A stretch of DNA of 64,000 bases from Octopus sinensis (GCF_006345805.1 NC_043011.1:61082464-61146463); one strand, 5' to 3'. Positions 1-14,480 are shown, numbered from the stretch's first letter. Notes: generated by a model not told the origin, from the letters alone. Translations and numbers: made by a program.

Positions 1-1050
1 AGCAAGGCCTTTGACAGGGTTGATCATAAGATCCTTTTGAGAAAGCTGTCCAATATTGGTGTCACTGGAAAGCTACTGCAGTGGATCAAGTGCTTCCTGT
101 CTAACAGAACCCAACATGTTGTCGTCGAAAGAGTCAAATCCAGCCCAGCCAAAGTCAGTAGTGGCGTCCCACAAGGCACTGTGTTGGGCCCACTTCTCTT
201 CATCATCTACATTAATGACATCACTGACATCATCAAACACAGTAACATCAGAATCTTCGCTGATGCTTCCAAGCTCCAGAAGGTCATCAATGGCGTGGAT
301 GACCGAATAAGCCTTCAGTCAGACCTACTGGCTGTTGTCCAATGGGCGGAAAAGAACAACATGTTGCTAAACGAAGACAAATTCGAATTGATCCACTTTG
401 GAAGGGAGGACGCTCTGAAACTCCCATACTCCCTTCCTTCTAGTGAAACTCTCATGGCGTCTAACAACATCAGAGACTTGGGAGTATCTGTGGACAACAA
501 CATAAGCTGGGCTACACATATAAGCAGCAAAGTTGACATGTCCCGCAGAATGTGTTCCTGGATTCTCAGAACCTTCCAGTCGAAAGATTCCCACACCATT
601 ATCCTTCTCTTCTCCACTTTTGCCCGAACTCACCTGTATGATGTGGAAAATATTCCATCAGCACTGTCCAAATGATGTTGGTATCACCTTCAAAATACAT
701 CCAAGACTTGGATCCCGTGCCATCCGTCCACAACAAAAATCTAAATCGCATCTCATAACAACATTGCGGCACAATTATTTCACCTCATTAGACCCGCCCT
801 CTTCAACATTACACCAAGACACGTCAAAACAGAAACTGACCACACAAATTTCAAGAAGATTTTGGACAAATTCCTTCAAACAGTCCCGGACAAACCACCC
901 ACACCCGGATATGTCTCCGCAAACAATAACTCTCTGCTCGAATGGGTCTTGGTGCCCAAATCCTGAATTGAAAGACTTCACCAGGTGGTGCTATTAAGTT
1001 AGACATGGCCTGGGCCAATACTGGCCAAAACCTTTCTAAGTTATTCTAAG

Positions 1051-1053
<3 letters not shown>
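1..1053 (+). mobile_element. 3' part of a non-LTR retrotransposon (CR1/L2-group LINE): RT pseudogene plus 3' UTR, running off the window's left edge
   Basis: Frame 1 from base 1 reads SKAFDRVDH...SGVPQGTVLGPLLFIIYIND...IFADASKL (catalytic (Y/F)ADD mutated to FADA), then IRDLGV and WILRTF. Internal deletion/frameshift near 635. Ends in a short tandem tail (TTCTAAGTTA)x2 followed by (TA)n. Confidence 0.9.
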
Positions 1054-1118
<65 letters not shown>

Positions 1119-1726
1119 GTATGTATACGTATGTGTGTACGTCTGTCACGAAAGTCGCTTGCATCTTGAAACGTAAATCTGAGTTCCACGGATCCGTATT
1201 CTCTCGTTCTCTGTTCAAATGCCACTAATCCCAGCTTTCATACCTGCACGGCGCATACAGTGACGTACGAGAGAGTCACTGGCATTCACGGAATCGACTA
1301 CAAATTCTTCACAAAATTGCTGGCCTCGTTCGAAAATTTGAAACCACATGATCAAGTGGAATCATTAATAAGATGGCCAGTATATCTTGTATGTTTTCCG
1401 AAACCCCTTCTGTACGGAGTTCAAATTCCGCCGAAATCAATTTTGAATTTCCTTCATTTAGGAGTCAGTAAAATTAATTACCAGCCAAGGATTGGTAGCT
1501 ATGGTATTTGACAATCCCCACCTAAAATTGTTGGCCTACGATTATTTGCCGGCAGAATCGTTAGCACGTTGGACGAAATGTTTAGCAGTATTTCGCTCGT
1601 CGCTACGTTCTGATTTCGAATTTCGCCGAGGTCGATTTTACCTTTCATACTTTCGGGGTCGATAAATTATGTACCAGTCGAATGTCATCGACTAGTCCCT
1701 CCACTAAATTGGTAGAAAAGTTGAGT

Positions 1727-1783
1727 CTTCTTCTTCTTCTTCTTCTTCTTCTTCTTCTTCTTCTTCTTCTTCTTCTTCTTCTT

Positions 1784-1814
<31 letters not shown>

Positions 1815-1876
1815 TTATTATTATTATTATCATCATCATCATCATCCTCCTCCTCCTCCTCATCATCATTATTATT
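1727..1876. repeat. Compound trinucleotide microsatellite (CTT)n(ATT)n(ATC)n(CTC)n
   Basis: Directly visible. Confidence 0.95.
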
Positions 1877-2112
1877 AAGGCGGCGAGCTGGCAGAAACGT
1901 TAGCACGCCGGGCGAAATGCTCAGCGGTATTTCGTCTGCTGTTACGTTCTGAGTTCAAATTCCGCCGAGGTCGACTTTGCCTTTCATCCTTTCGGGGTCG
2001 ATTAAATAAGTACCAGTTACGCACTGGGGTCGATGTAATCGACTTAATCCGTTTGTCTGTCCTTGTTTGTCCACTCAATGTTTAGCCCCTTTTGGGTAGT
2101 ATAGAAATAGGT
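1877..2112 (+). mobile_element. Near full-length SINE family 1 copy
   Basis: 5' GGCGGCGAGCTGGCAGAAACGTTAG (A-box-like) and GAGTTCAAATTCC (B-box). Same sequence recurs at 14263-14480 and 35358-35589 on the minus strand. Confidence 0.85.
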
Positions 2113-2287
2113 ATTCCATGTATCTTTACGTTCCGAGTTCAAATTCCGCCAAGGTCAGCTTTGCCTTTCATACTTTTGGCGTCAATAAATTAAGAACCAG
2201 TTACATACTGAGATCGATCTAATCGACTGGTCCCCTCCCACCAAATTTCAGTCCCTGTGCCTATTGTAGAAAGGATCATCAACATTA

Positions 2288-2322
<35 letters not shown>

Positions 2323-3114
2323 TATTATTATTATTATTATCAAGGCGGCGAGCTGGCAGAACGTTTAGCGCGCTGGACGAAATGCTTATCATTATCTCGC
2401 CCGTCGCTACGTTCTGAGTCGGGTCAATGAAATAAGTACCAGATGTACACTGGGGTCGATGTAATCACCTCAAAATCCTTCCCCAAAATTGCTGCCGTTG
2501 TGGCAGAATTTCAAACCATTATTTATGTTTTTGTTGTTGTTGGTGGTGGTGGTAGTGGTGGTGGTGATGGTATTGCTGTCATCATCTTCGTTGTTGTTGC
2601 TTTTGTTGTTGCTGTTCTTGTGGTTGTTGTTATCTAGCAATGTATGACGGCTAATGAATTCAAACATCAATCGAAGCATTGACATAACGCATATTGTCCA
2701 TCAATACACGCACATCGCATGCGGAATGATCAGATCAATAACTACAACTCTGCCTGTATTTATTTATTTGCTTGTTTATTTATTTATTTATTTAATGAGC
2801 TATTCATTCTTTCATGATGGCAAGTCTTTTATCGCTGCAACAATGCATTGTGGTTAAGCCGCAGGGCTTCTTCACATCAATATACACAATCTGATGTATA
2901 AAAAGAACGTTTGCAATTGACCCTCAACAAAGTAATTACAAATATGTACAGAAGTTCTTGTTGTTTTCGTTGCTGTTACTGCGTAGGTACAGATCAGCCT
3001 TGACCGAACAGAAATATATTGTTTGAACATATTTCAAAGACACCCCATCCGTGACCATCGCATATTTTTGTTATTTATGCGTAGAGTAATTGATTTTGGG
3101 AGAAAGCTAGCAGT

Positions 3115-3278
3115 TTCGGAAGACGAGATAAGTCGATTACATCGACCCCAGTGTACAACTGGTACTTATATTATCGATTCTGAAAGGAGGAAAAGAAAAG
3201 CCGATCGTGGCAGTTTTCGAAGTCAGAACGTGAAGACGGACGAAATGCCGCTAAGCATTTTGTCCGGCGCGCTAACGG
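3115..3278 (-). mobile_element. SINE family 1, diverged copy
   Basis: Reverse-complement similarity to 1877-2050 (AAGTCGATTACATCGACCCCAGTG...GACGAAATGCCGCTAAGCATTT). Confidence 0.7.
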
Positions 3279-3326
3279 TATACCTAGAGAAATTAAAATG
3301 TATACCTAGAGAAATTAAAATGATTT

Positions 3327-3575
3327 GAAGATGCATGGCCTGGTAGTTAGGTCATGGGCTAGATGCGGCCCGCTGGACTCTCTGAATGGCACAATTATCG
3401 AAAAATTGTCCGTTGCGGCCCGATTCTTGAAAAAGATTGCTTATGCCTAACGCCGTTAGCATATTCCAGTGACAATCACAAGACTAGTTTCGATTTCCAG
3501 ACCTGACCGTACATAGTACTCTTGAGCAAGAAGCTTCACTTCACATTGCTCCATTATACTCAGCGGTGCATAAAC
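3327..3575 (+). mobile_element. Diverged SINE family 3 copy interrupted by a ~100-bp possible hAT/MITE-like fragment
   Basis: GAAGATGCATGGCCTGGTAGTTAG head and TCTTGAGCAAG...TTCACATTGCT match 28817-28950. The intervening segment has two GCGGCCC motifs. Confidence 0.4.
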
Positions 3576-4368
3576 TCCAGCAGTAGCTCAGAAGTTAAAC
3601 CTACAACTGATTAATGCCCCGTTCAGGCGGCACTGCTTTAATCTCAACCACTTTTCACCTGATTCATGAGAAACTTATGCATAAATCTACTTAGAACAAC
3701 ATATTACAATGTGGCCGTCCACGTTTAACACTGTAGACTAGGATTTTAGGAAAACGTGGTTGCTATCTCTACGACAGCTACGAGATTCCATGCTTATCTT
3801 TATATCCAGTATTTTTTCAATTAATATTTGTTATTTTAATAACTTCTGACCTTAGACTGCATTTGTGCTACAGCTTCCCCTTCAGGAAGCTTTTAGCCGA
3901 TGTTATAAAACGCTGGTCCTTCTTTTAGGAAGCCATATTGTATCGATTGACTGAGTTAATATTTTGACACTGCACCAATTGTATAAATATAATCATGAAC
4001 AATCACAAACACAATCACATACACATACATTATGTATACACACACACAGATATGTATGTATATGTTTATATCTGTATATCATTGGTTTTCCGTTGGTGAC
4101 GAAATGATGGATATGTATTATATAAACATTAGAATAGATCAATTATGGAAACAGTTATTTGAATAAATCATTTTTAAATATTACATAAATATAAATATAT
4201 GCATGTGCGTGCGTGTATGTATTCATTTATGTTTGATTGTATATATATATATATAATACATATATACATAGATTTATTTAATATCATCTGGGTAATGACC
4301 TCATAACGTGTTTCAAAGTTCCTAGGCAGTTGTCGGCTATTCATTTGCTCATTCCATATTCTTTTACA

Positions 4369-4401
<33 letters not shown>

Positions 4402-4437
4402 AATTTATATATATATATATAATATATATATATATAT

Positions 4438-4468
<31 letters not shown>

Positions 4469-4589
4469 GTGTGTGTGGTGTGTTATATGTGTGTGTGTGT
4501 GTATACATAAATACAAAAATATACACATATATAACTACACATACACTTATACGTAATTATATAGTTATGTGATATATTGTGTATATTAT

Positions 4590-4651
<62 letters not shown>

Positions 4652-5209
4652 TAAATGCACATAAATACTTATTTATCCGTGCGTGTGTGCGCGCATGATA
4701 TATAAATATAATTACATTGGTAAGCTAAATATATATTCATTTTGTCTTGCTCTCCAAGTCAACAGCCTACACGAAACATATGACTGTTTGTGTAGAACAC
4801 TACTGATTAAGATCTCGGCTAGTATCCCATCACTGTCAAGCTCCTCTAACCTGTTTTCTATTTCGGTATTTCATATATAGAAACGCAGAAATGCGATAAT
4901 CAGTGGCAGTTCTTTAGTTCATTTTCAAATTACTTCAAACGTCTTTGATGCGTAGATTAAATACCGTATTAATTTTCACAGCGAAGATAAGCGCTGCGTT
5001 TATTAAACATAAAGCATGAATATTTATTTACAGCTTAACTGCAGAGACACCATTACATCATTTCAGCTTGTTGATACGCATCAATAAACAATGCATTCAT
5101 TCGTAAATACTCGACTGTAGAGACTCTATCGCATGTATAATATAGCTAAACGCAAAGTGTTTTGTTAAGCATGTTTGCATTTCACTTATAATGTAAACCA
5201 ATGCGGATT

Positions 5210-5245
<36 letters not shown>

Positions 5246-5841
5246 CATATGCATACATACATGCATACACACATACATATCTATATATATGTGTGTGTGT
5301 GTGTGTGTATGTGCGAATGTTTAATAACAGTTCAATGTTACAAATGTTTCAGTATCATGGTACTTTATTCATAATTGGGGCATTATATACATACCTACAC
5401 ACACACGCACGAGTGCGCACGCGCACCTTATTGTGTCTAGGAAGAGTCCTTCTATTTTCATGCGTTATTAATTAACACACCGGTTCGATTTCTACTCATT
5501 TACTTATTTACTTTTTGTAAAATTTTCTTTGCTTCTTGCAACTTCTTCAGTAGGCTCCGCAGACCATTAAATATGCTTCAATATTCGAATCAACATAAAA
5601 GTCTTGCAAATCAAATGCAAAAGCGATATATATATATATGTAATTTATATACACACACAGTTATAGACACCCTCCCCACACACATGTATGTATACATTTG
5701 GGCAATAAACCACCTCAAGACTCAATAGAAACATTCACACACGCACACACGAACATACACTATGTGGGTGATATTTTAAGCGAACTGTTGCAATCGTATC
5801 TGATTCTTCAAGTCCTTCAAAGCTGTGTATGTACATATGTT

Positions 5842-7125
5842 TATTAGATTATTCACATTTATAACATAATTTGTGTCCGAATTTTGAATAAAGAAAACAA
5901 GAGATAAGATGTTGTATTTAATTAAAAGTTAATCATCGATGTACTTTCCCTGATTATCTATGACTTACTTCCATCTATTTACAAGCTTTTTAGTCCCATC
6001 AATGTAAAACCTCTTTTGGCTTCAAAGCGAAGAACTCTGAAATGTCAGTTTCGACCTCCTCCTGGCTTGCGAGAGTTATCTCCCCCAAATGATTCTGTAA
6101 ACTACGAAACAAATGCTAGTCTAAAGGAGCAAGGTCGGGCGAATAAGGCGAATGAGAATTTTTTTCCCAACCAAGCTCTTCGATCTTCTGTGATGTGATT
6201 TTGTAGTGTGGGGTCGCGTATTGTCCTGATGAAACATCACTCCTTTTCGATTCACTAAAGCGGTTTTTTTCCTTCAAAGCTTGCTTCAAACGCTCTAATT
6301 GTTGACAGTAGACTTGAGCATTGATTGTTGCATTAGGTGGTAACAATTCAAAGTGAATTACTCCTTTGCAATCCCACCAGATAGAGTAGAAACTTTTTCC
6401 CATGAAGTTCCCTTCTCAGTTGTGGTTGAGCATTTTCCCTTTTACCAAGCCACTGTTTACGACGTTTAACATTTCGATAGAAAATCCATTTTTCGTCACC
6501 AGTCACAAGTCTATCCAAAAATGGTGAAATGAGTTCGTGAGAATGGCGAGAAGAGCAGATGTCAACACGGGATTTGAGGTTGCTTTCGGACAATTCATGA
6601 GGCACCCATTTTCCAAGTTATTGAAGCTGACGATGAACAGTTGTATCGTTTGAACTAAGCTTTATTGCCAATTCGTCAACTGATAATGCAGGATTTTCTT
6701 CAAGTAATGCCTCAAGGAGCTTATCATCAAACTTAACTGGACGTCCTGTTCGAACTTCATCTTCAAGGCTGAAATCTCCACTTCTGAATTTCGCAAAACA
6801 TCTTCTGCAGGTTCTTTTATTCAAGCATTCTTTCCCATAAACTGAGTATATGTTTCGAGTCGCTTCGGCTGCAGAGTTTCCTGTTTTGTACTCATAAAGT
6901 ATTATGTGCCTCTAATGCTCTTTGGATACTTCCATGTTAGAAAGAGTTTTCATCAAAGAAATTTGAATTCTATTATTCTGTAAAATAATATTTAATTAGT
7001 TTAAATGTACACAAATGCCTAAAAGTAATTTTTAATTCCATTAGATATTCTAAAATACTATTAAATTTCATTCAAAATTTTAAAAAAAGGGTAAAATCGG
7101 AGAGAACGTGTAGGATGACCTGATA
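5842..7125 (-). mobile_element. Decayed mariner (Tc1/mariner, DD34D-type) DNA transposon
   Basis: ~1.28 kb, degenerate TIR-like ends (TATTAGATTATTC...TGTCCGAATTTT vs revcomp TATCAGGTCATCC...CTCCGATTTT) flanking a transposase pseudogene. Confidence 0.85.
5929..6935 (-). pseudogene. Mariner transposase pseudogene
   Basis: MEVSKEH*RHIILYEY...FRSGDFSLEDE, KWVPHEL, LVTGDEKWI, WWDCKGVIHFELL, HSPYSPDLAPLD, C-terminal VIDNQGKYIDD*. Several stops and frameshifts. Confidence 0.93.
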
Positions 7126-7297
7126 TTAAATTTTCCCCATTGTGTTGATGTACTATAGTCTACCATTATTAAAACTGGCGGCATTGTTTCCGATACGGGT
7201 ATGCTGGTATATACATACATAATACATACATACATACATACACACACACACAACACATATATATATATATATATAGATAGATAGATAGATATTTATA

Positions 7298-7473
<176 letters not shown>

Positions 7474-8324
7474 TATACACATAGATAGCCAGATACATAG
7501 ATAGATAGATAGTGTGATGCATAGATAGACGTACATAGGGAAGTGTACATACTTAGCTAGATAAATGAAAATGGAGATTGGTAAATAGATATGTTTGGGA
7601 AGGGTGTAAGAGTCAGGTCCCATTAAACAATCTAACCAAAACTAGAATATATTATAAAATTCAGATCTATATCACTAATGGTCGATGCATTAATTTACTT
7701 TGGCGCATTCAAATATGTCAGTTAATTAAACAGCATGCTATATCAAAACATAAATTTTTCATAATTTAGTGAAGAATCTAACAATGTTAAATGATATCTC
7801 TTCGACATTTCGAAATTAAAAAGTTTTATTGACTATATATGCATAACTATATCTAGATATATACATACAAACATGTGTATATATGACTGTACTGTCTGTA
7901 TGTATACATACCTCTATACTTATATATGTGCAAAGATATGATTATGTGCATATATATGTATATACTGGAAACACACGCATATATATATATATATATATAT
8001 ATAAGTTATGTTTCTGCATGTGGATGTACGCATGTGTGTAAATACATACACACATTCCAACACACCCACCCACACACTTACAGACGCACACACACACGCA
8101 TTTATATGTATATACATGTATGTATATTTATTGCATATATATATATATACGCATACGTACACACAATATTTACATATAGATGTAAATACTTATTTTCATA
8201 TCCATATGTATCTATGATTATACATCTATACATGCTTATCAGTATAAATGTACATATACATATGTACACGCAAACACACACTCACACACACACACACACG
8301 TACACACACACACATGCATAAATT

Positions 8325-8358
<34 letters not shown>

Positions 8359-9607
8359 GAAAAGAAAATTGATTCTTCGAAATTTTCTTCTGATTTCCAT
8401 ATAACTCTTCAGACGTCAAGATTATTGTCTTCAAATGATATCTTGATAGTTTTAATGGCTTTTCAAACCATTCATCTGATGATAATCATTGAACTAAATA
8501 CCTGATTTAATAGCTGAAAGTTTCCAGGAAATCAACTCTATCATAAAGTTGTTGTTGTTATTGTTGTTGGTGTTGTTGTAATTTAGCCCCAAGTGAATAA
8601 CGATCGACCTGGCAATTACCAAGTGAATTCTACCCAACTCTATCTCAGCTTTATTAACGCAAATTGTATCTTGAATGTTGTTATCGACTTGATAATATCC
8701 TAGTTGTTCTTTTGTATAATATCATGATAGACGTGGTATTATCAGTAACAGTCCAGTCGTGACCATTCCATCCAATATTCTTTTGTATACAGTGTATCTA
8801 ACACTACATTAAATAACACGTGTCTATAGTTTTCCATGATCAAGTAGCACTATGATCAATGACATCTTCTCATCGTTTACAACTACATACATGCACACAT
8901 ACACACATACATAATTGTATACATACATACATACATACATACATACATACATACATACATACATACATACATACATGCATACATACATGCATACATACAT
9001 ACATATACATACATGTATACATATATACATATATACATGTATAAATACAAGCGTACATTCGTACGTTGGTACATACATACATACATGCATACATACATAG
9101 ATGCATACAGGCATGCACGTGCGGATACATGCATGCATACCTACTTACATGCGGACATACATAAATATACAGTTGGCCGAAACTTCGATGTCACTGTTAG
9201 AATGTCAACACCTTTATATAGTGTGATACACAATGTGTTAATATGTGTAACTGTCCAACCTTTTTTGTTTTCTGATGTCTTGAATGTATACTCTGTAGCT
9301 GTATAATATCCTAGGAAGCGAACTCAGTGTTTTCCTGTCGAACGAATTGCCGTGTAATTGTTTACCCAAAACAACGTTATGCTTTCGCCGTCATTCGAAA
9401 TGGTTTGCCGGTACCTGCATTATAACAAGAGTACTAACAAGGCACATCCTTGGTTACTCATTCCCTATTCTTTCACGTTATATATATTTTTAAAATTTTC
9501 AATTCATGAATTTGTAATTGAATGAGTTAAGTATAGAAAACAATTGTATATTACAGGGAAGTTTTACAATATATTAATAAAATGAATTTTATTAGTTAAA
9601 ACTCTCC

Positions 9608-9810
9608 TGTAACCACGTATAAACCGTTGGCGATTGTTTTTCCCTCGTCTTCCATTTCTATTGGACTTTCCTCTGTCTCCTGTTTCTGAAGAAGAGCTTT
9701 GCTCGGAACGTAAAATCACCTTTCTTTCCTTCCCTGAGCGTCTGCTAATACTTTACATGTACCACGTCCTCACGTTGTTGTTTTTATGTTTGTTCTTTGT
9801 TTTTTTTATA
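9608..9810 (+). mobile_element. Short non-coding repeat family I with a degenerate minimal hammerhead core (9682-9716)
   Basis: Similar to 17120-17305, 18077-18262 and 33865-34063. Contains GTTT-CTGAAGA-AGAGC TTT GCTC-GGAAC-GTA-AAAT (GAAA mutated to GGAA). Confidence 0.65.
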
Positions 9811-9909
9811 TAGGTAGATAGGTAGGTATATAGATACATAAATAAAGATACAGATAGATAAATAGGTAGATAGGTAGACAGGTAGGTAGATATATATATA
9901 TATATATAT

Positions 9910-9950
<41 letters not shown>

Positions 9951-10562
9951 CAAATACACACATTTTTATACATACATACACCCATATAAAATTATTCCAA
10001 TTCATATGCGTATGTGTGTATTGCTGTGTATGTCTATGAGCACAAAGACCCTACTTTTCTGGCCTCTGGTTAGCAGAGGGTACAGAAGCTTATCTCCTAT
10101 CTACACCTTTTCCTCCTTGTGGATTAAATTCCCACTCACTATTTACACATCCTTGACACCCACTGCAACTTACTCCCCGCTCTATAATTACCATTCTGTG
10201 TCTGTTTTGCTATTCTTTATCCGTTTCACTGACCTCAAACATACCGTACCCTCACCTCCAACCAGGACCCCAAAAAGCATATTCCCCTTGCACAGACGTC
10301 AACATACATATTTATACACAAATAGGCTTCATTACATATGTAGACCGCGTTTCACCAACCACTGAATTTTCTCTTTGCTCAAACATTAATAGACACATTT
10401 TACTGATATCCACATCCTTGCATTTAAGCCATTTGTCTTTCCAAAATAATTTGGGTATATTAAACAACTCTCTCTCCAGCACTTTGAACCAATCAAATTA
10501 AATTAAACACACACACACACATATATATATATGTATATATAATATATATATGTGTATATATA

Positions 10563-10597
<35 letters not shown>

Positions 10598-10619
10598 GTA
10601 TTATATATGTATATATATA

Positions 10620-10688
<69 letters not shown>

Positions 10689-10689
10689 G

Positions 10690-10832
10690 ACAAATTAAAC
10701 TTAAATGTTGAAGTGAATCGAACGGCTTTTGTGTGTTTCTTAAATGGCTTATAAACACCTTCACGCTGCAATTGTTTTCGTTTCAGCACACGATCTCAGA
10801 TCAAATTACTTGCTATGCGAGTACATCTCCGT

Positions 10833-10836
<4 letters not shown>
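10690..10836 (+). mobile_element. Short repeat family C fragment inside (TA)n
   Basis: 10690-10771 is the reverse complement of 34089-34172. Both copies end in ACTTGCTATGCGAGTACATCTCCGTAATA next to (TA)n. Confidence 0.7.
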
Positions 10837-10894
<58 letters not shown>

Positions 10895-11334
10895 TTCGGC
10901 CGAAGGTAATTAACTTCACGGAGAGGCGTGACACATGCGGGCAGCCCATCGACCCCCAATATCATAATAACTTCGTTATGGATTTAATTAGGCTCAAAAT
11001 ACTGTTTGCTGTGATTAAGTTGTTGTTCGGGATACTTCGTTCCGGAGACGCAAAGCATTTCGCGAAAACAATTAACGTTGTTTTTCTTTTCTGCTCCAGT
11101 ATAATGGGAAACAATTAGCTTAATTGATGTAATAACAGCATATAACCTATACTTACCTACCTACCCACCTGTATTATATATATATATACACATATATATC
11201 GATAGATAGATATATATAGATATGTATGTATTTATGTCGCTCTCTCACTCCCTCCCTCTCATTATATATATATATATGTATATATATTTGTGTGTATATA
11301 TATATATATATATATAATATATATATATAAATAC

Positions 11335-11373
<39 letters not shown>

Positions 11374-11384
11374 AATACATATAT

Positions 11385-12550
11385 AAATCCTTAAATCCTT
11401 AAAAATGTTTTAGCCCGAAGGCCGCGGCCATGCTGGGGCACCACCGCTGAATGAGCTACACTAGTTTGTGAATCCACCTCTGATACGTGGCACTTGATCA
11501 ACAAGGGAGTTCGATGCTGCTGCCCGCATCCGTGTCTCCTGTCGTGAGGTAGGTTCATCTGGGACTCCCAACAAGAAGAGATCCAGTTTAGTTTTAAAGA
11601 AACCCACATCCACACCATGTAAGTCTCTCAGGCATTTAGGGAGTATGTTAAGAGCTGTGGTCCTCTGAAACCCAAGCTGTTGCAGTATCTGGACCTGTAT
11701 TTTGATGGTGATGTTGGAATCCTTGGCACCACGCAGCGGCGCCCCGTTCTGCGGTTGGAGTAACTTTGAATGCCAAAGTTTGGGACAAGACCCTCCAGGA
11801 TTTTCCAGATGTATATCACTGCATATCTCTCCCGCCTCCGCTCCAGGGAGAAGAGGTTTAATACCTTCAGTCTTTCCCAGTAGCTGACATTTTGCATTGA
11901 GACGATTTTCTTTGTGTAGCTTCTCTGAGTTGCTTCGAGTTCTGCTGTTTGTTTTATATTGTGGTGGTGACCAAAGTTGGGAGCAGTAGTCCAAGCGGCT
12001 GAGGACAAATGTTTTCCATAGGACCATCAGTGTCTCCTTCTCTCTTGTTCTGAAAGTTCGGAGAATCCATCCAGCTAGCCGTCTGCATTTTATCACCAGA
12101 TTAGCAATATGCATTTGGAAAGATGCATCATTGCTCATGTCAATGCCCAGGTCACGCACTGATTTTGACTCAGGGATTGCAATTCTTCCTGGGCCAGTGT
12201 ATCCAGTCTTCACGTCATTTACCTTTGTGTGCCAGTAGCGCAGGGCCTGGAACTTACCTGCATTAAACTGCATGTTGTTGTCCTCAGCCCACCTGTATAT
12301 TGTGTCCAGCTCATGTTGTAGATGCGCAATATTTTCAGGTTTTGTATTGCGTGGGAGACTTTTGTGTCATCTGCATAGCTAGCAAGGGTGGTCATCGTAG
12401 CAACTGAAGGCATGTCTGAAAGGGCCACTATGAACATCAGTGGCCCCAAGACAGTGCCCTGTGGGACACCGCTTGTTATTTGCGTTTCCCTGGAGGTGGC
12501 TCCATTGCTCACAACTGCCTGTTTTCTGTCTTTTAGGAAGTTGTGCAGAT
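11385..12550 (-). mobile_element. 5'-truncated CR1/L2-group LINE (RT domain, C-terminus, 3' UTR) inserted in (TA)n
   Basis: SGVPQGTVLGPLMF, SYADDTK, VRDLGI, GWILRTF, SRLDYCSQLWSP, LFSLERRRERY spread over frameshifted ORFs. Tail (AAGGATTT)x2. Both ends flanked by (TA)n. Confidence 0.93.
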
Positions 12551-12556
12551 AAATAC

Positions 12557-12589
<33 letters not shown>

Positions 12590-12594
12590 AATAC

Positions 12595-12639
<45 letters not shown>

Positions 12640-12644
12640 AATAC

Positions 12645-12686
<42 letters not shown>

Positions 12687-12749
12687 ATAAATACATATAT
12701 ATATATATATATATATAGATATATATATATATATAATATATAATACAAC

Positions 12750-12797
<48 letters not shown>

Positions 12798-14262
12798 GGG
12801 TGGGTGTGTATATATATATCTACAACAAGTAATCAAGGCCTGAAATGAAATGTGTTTCTTTTTTTGTGGGGGGAGGTTCGGTTGGTGTGCTGAGTGGAGA
12901 GAATGATTCGAAAAGTTTAATGGCGGGAAGGGATAATAGAATAGACATAAAAGGAAAAGAAAAAAGAGTGGGATGGGAGGAGAGGAGGAAGGAGGAAAAG
13001 AAGAAGAAGAAGAAGAAGAAGAATGGGAGAGGACGATGAGAAGAATTGTGATGTTTGAATGCGTTGGAATGAGACTGATAAAGCAAAGATATGCCATAGT
13101 AATGAGGTGACCATTAATGACATCTAGAATGCTTCTGCATATTTATGTACACACACACACATACATACACGCACACACACACACACACATATATATATAT
13201 AGTGTACACACACACATGCACTTAAATATACACACTCATGCATATATATTCATTCTCATAAACACGTACAAAGACATATACACAGAAAAACAAACACACA
13301 CACATGCGTGTATATCGTTGCGTGTGTGTGTGTTGTGTGTGTGTACCAAGCCAAATTTCTAAAGAGGAAATTATCTAGAAACGTAGAGAAGATACTAAAT
13401 TAAAGAGATTCATAGAGGAGTCTGAAAGTGTTCTCTTTCAAGCTGCAACAGTAACTTATAATTATTGCATTGTCTCGTTAATTAGCCATTCGGAAGAGCC
13501 TAAACACTGTTTTTAGACATCATTGTACATTACGTATAACACAAACTTTTACTGGTAGTCAAACACAAGCACAAGTATATTTGAGATTATTCATTTGAGG
13601 GAACGATGGGAATAAATTTTTGGTGGAATCCAGCGGTAGAAATCAATCACATATCGCTTCCTTATGGGGCAATCTTGATGCATTTTATTTCGTGATAATA
13701 GAAATTTGCTCGTTGTAATATTCTTCCAGTCACGATGTTTGTATGTTCAAATGATACACTTTGAAGAAGCTTATCTATGGAACGATATCAAAGATATAAT
13801 CTTCATATTTAACACAGTGTAAATGTTTACGTGTAAGTGAAGGTTAATTAAAGAATCCGTAATGCCTTATATAATGAAACAAGCTTGACTGATAAGCTTT
13901 CAGCAACCTTAGCTACGGAACGACAACGGAGACATAATGGAAGTGCATACTAACGAAATATGCTCGAGGAGCAACTCTTTAAGCACCGTTAAGTATGGAT
14001 TAAAATTGAAGTCATAATCGGAATATTTATTGTAATATAACATGTCTAAAGCCTTAAACAAATGATTGACTCTCTGTCTCATTGCGTTTGTTTAAGCGTT
14101 CAACATTTCTTAGTTTGCTTTTGTTGTTGTTGTAATTTTAAATTTTGCTAGAAATGGCAATAAAATCTACCTCAGTTAAATACTGCCATCCTAGAAATGT
14201 TGATGCTGGTTACACACACGCACACACACTCTCACACACACACATATTAAGCATTAGCCGAT

Positions 14263-14480
14263 TACCTATTTCTTTACTACCCACAAGGGGCTAAACACAG
14301 AGGGGACAAACAAAGACAGTCAAAGGGATTAAGTTGATTACATCGATCCCAGTGCTTAACTGGTACTTAATTTATCGGCCCCGAAAGGATGAAAGGCAAA
14401 GTCGACCTCGGCGGAATTTGAACTCACAACGTAACGGCAGACGAAATGCCGCTAAGCATTTCGCCCGGCGTTGCTAACGT
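14263..14480 (-). mobile_element. SINE family 1 copy
   Basis: Close reverse complement of 1895-2112. Confidence 0.85.

Larger units (their letters stand above)
1415..2510 (+). mobile_element. Head-to-tail cluster of ~5 full or partial copies of tRNA-derived SINE family 1
   Basis: Recurrent GAGTTCAAATTCCGCCGAGGTCGAC...GCCTTTCATCCTTTCGGGGTCGAT at ~1415, ~1610, ~1950, ~2135 and a deleted copy at ~2342-2510, interspersed with CTT/ATT/ATC microsatellites. Confidence 0.8.
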
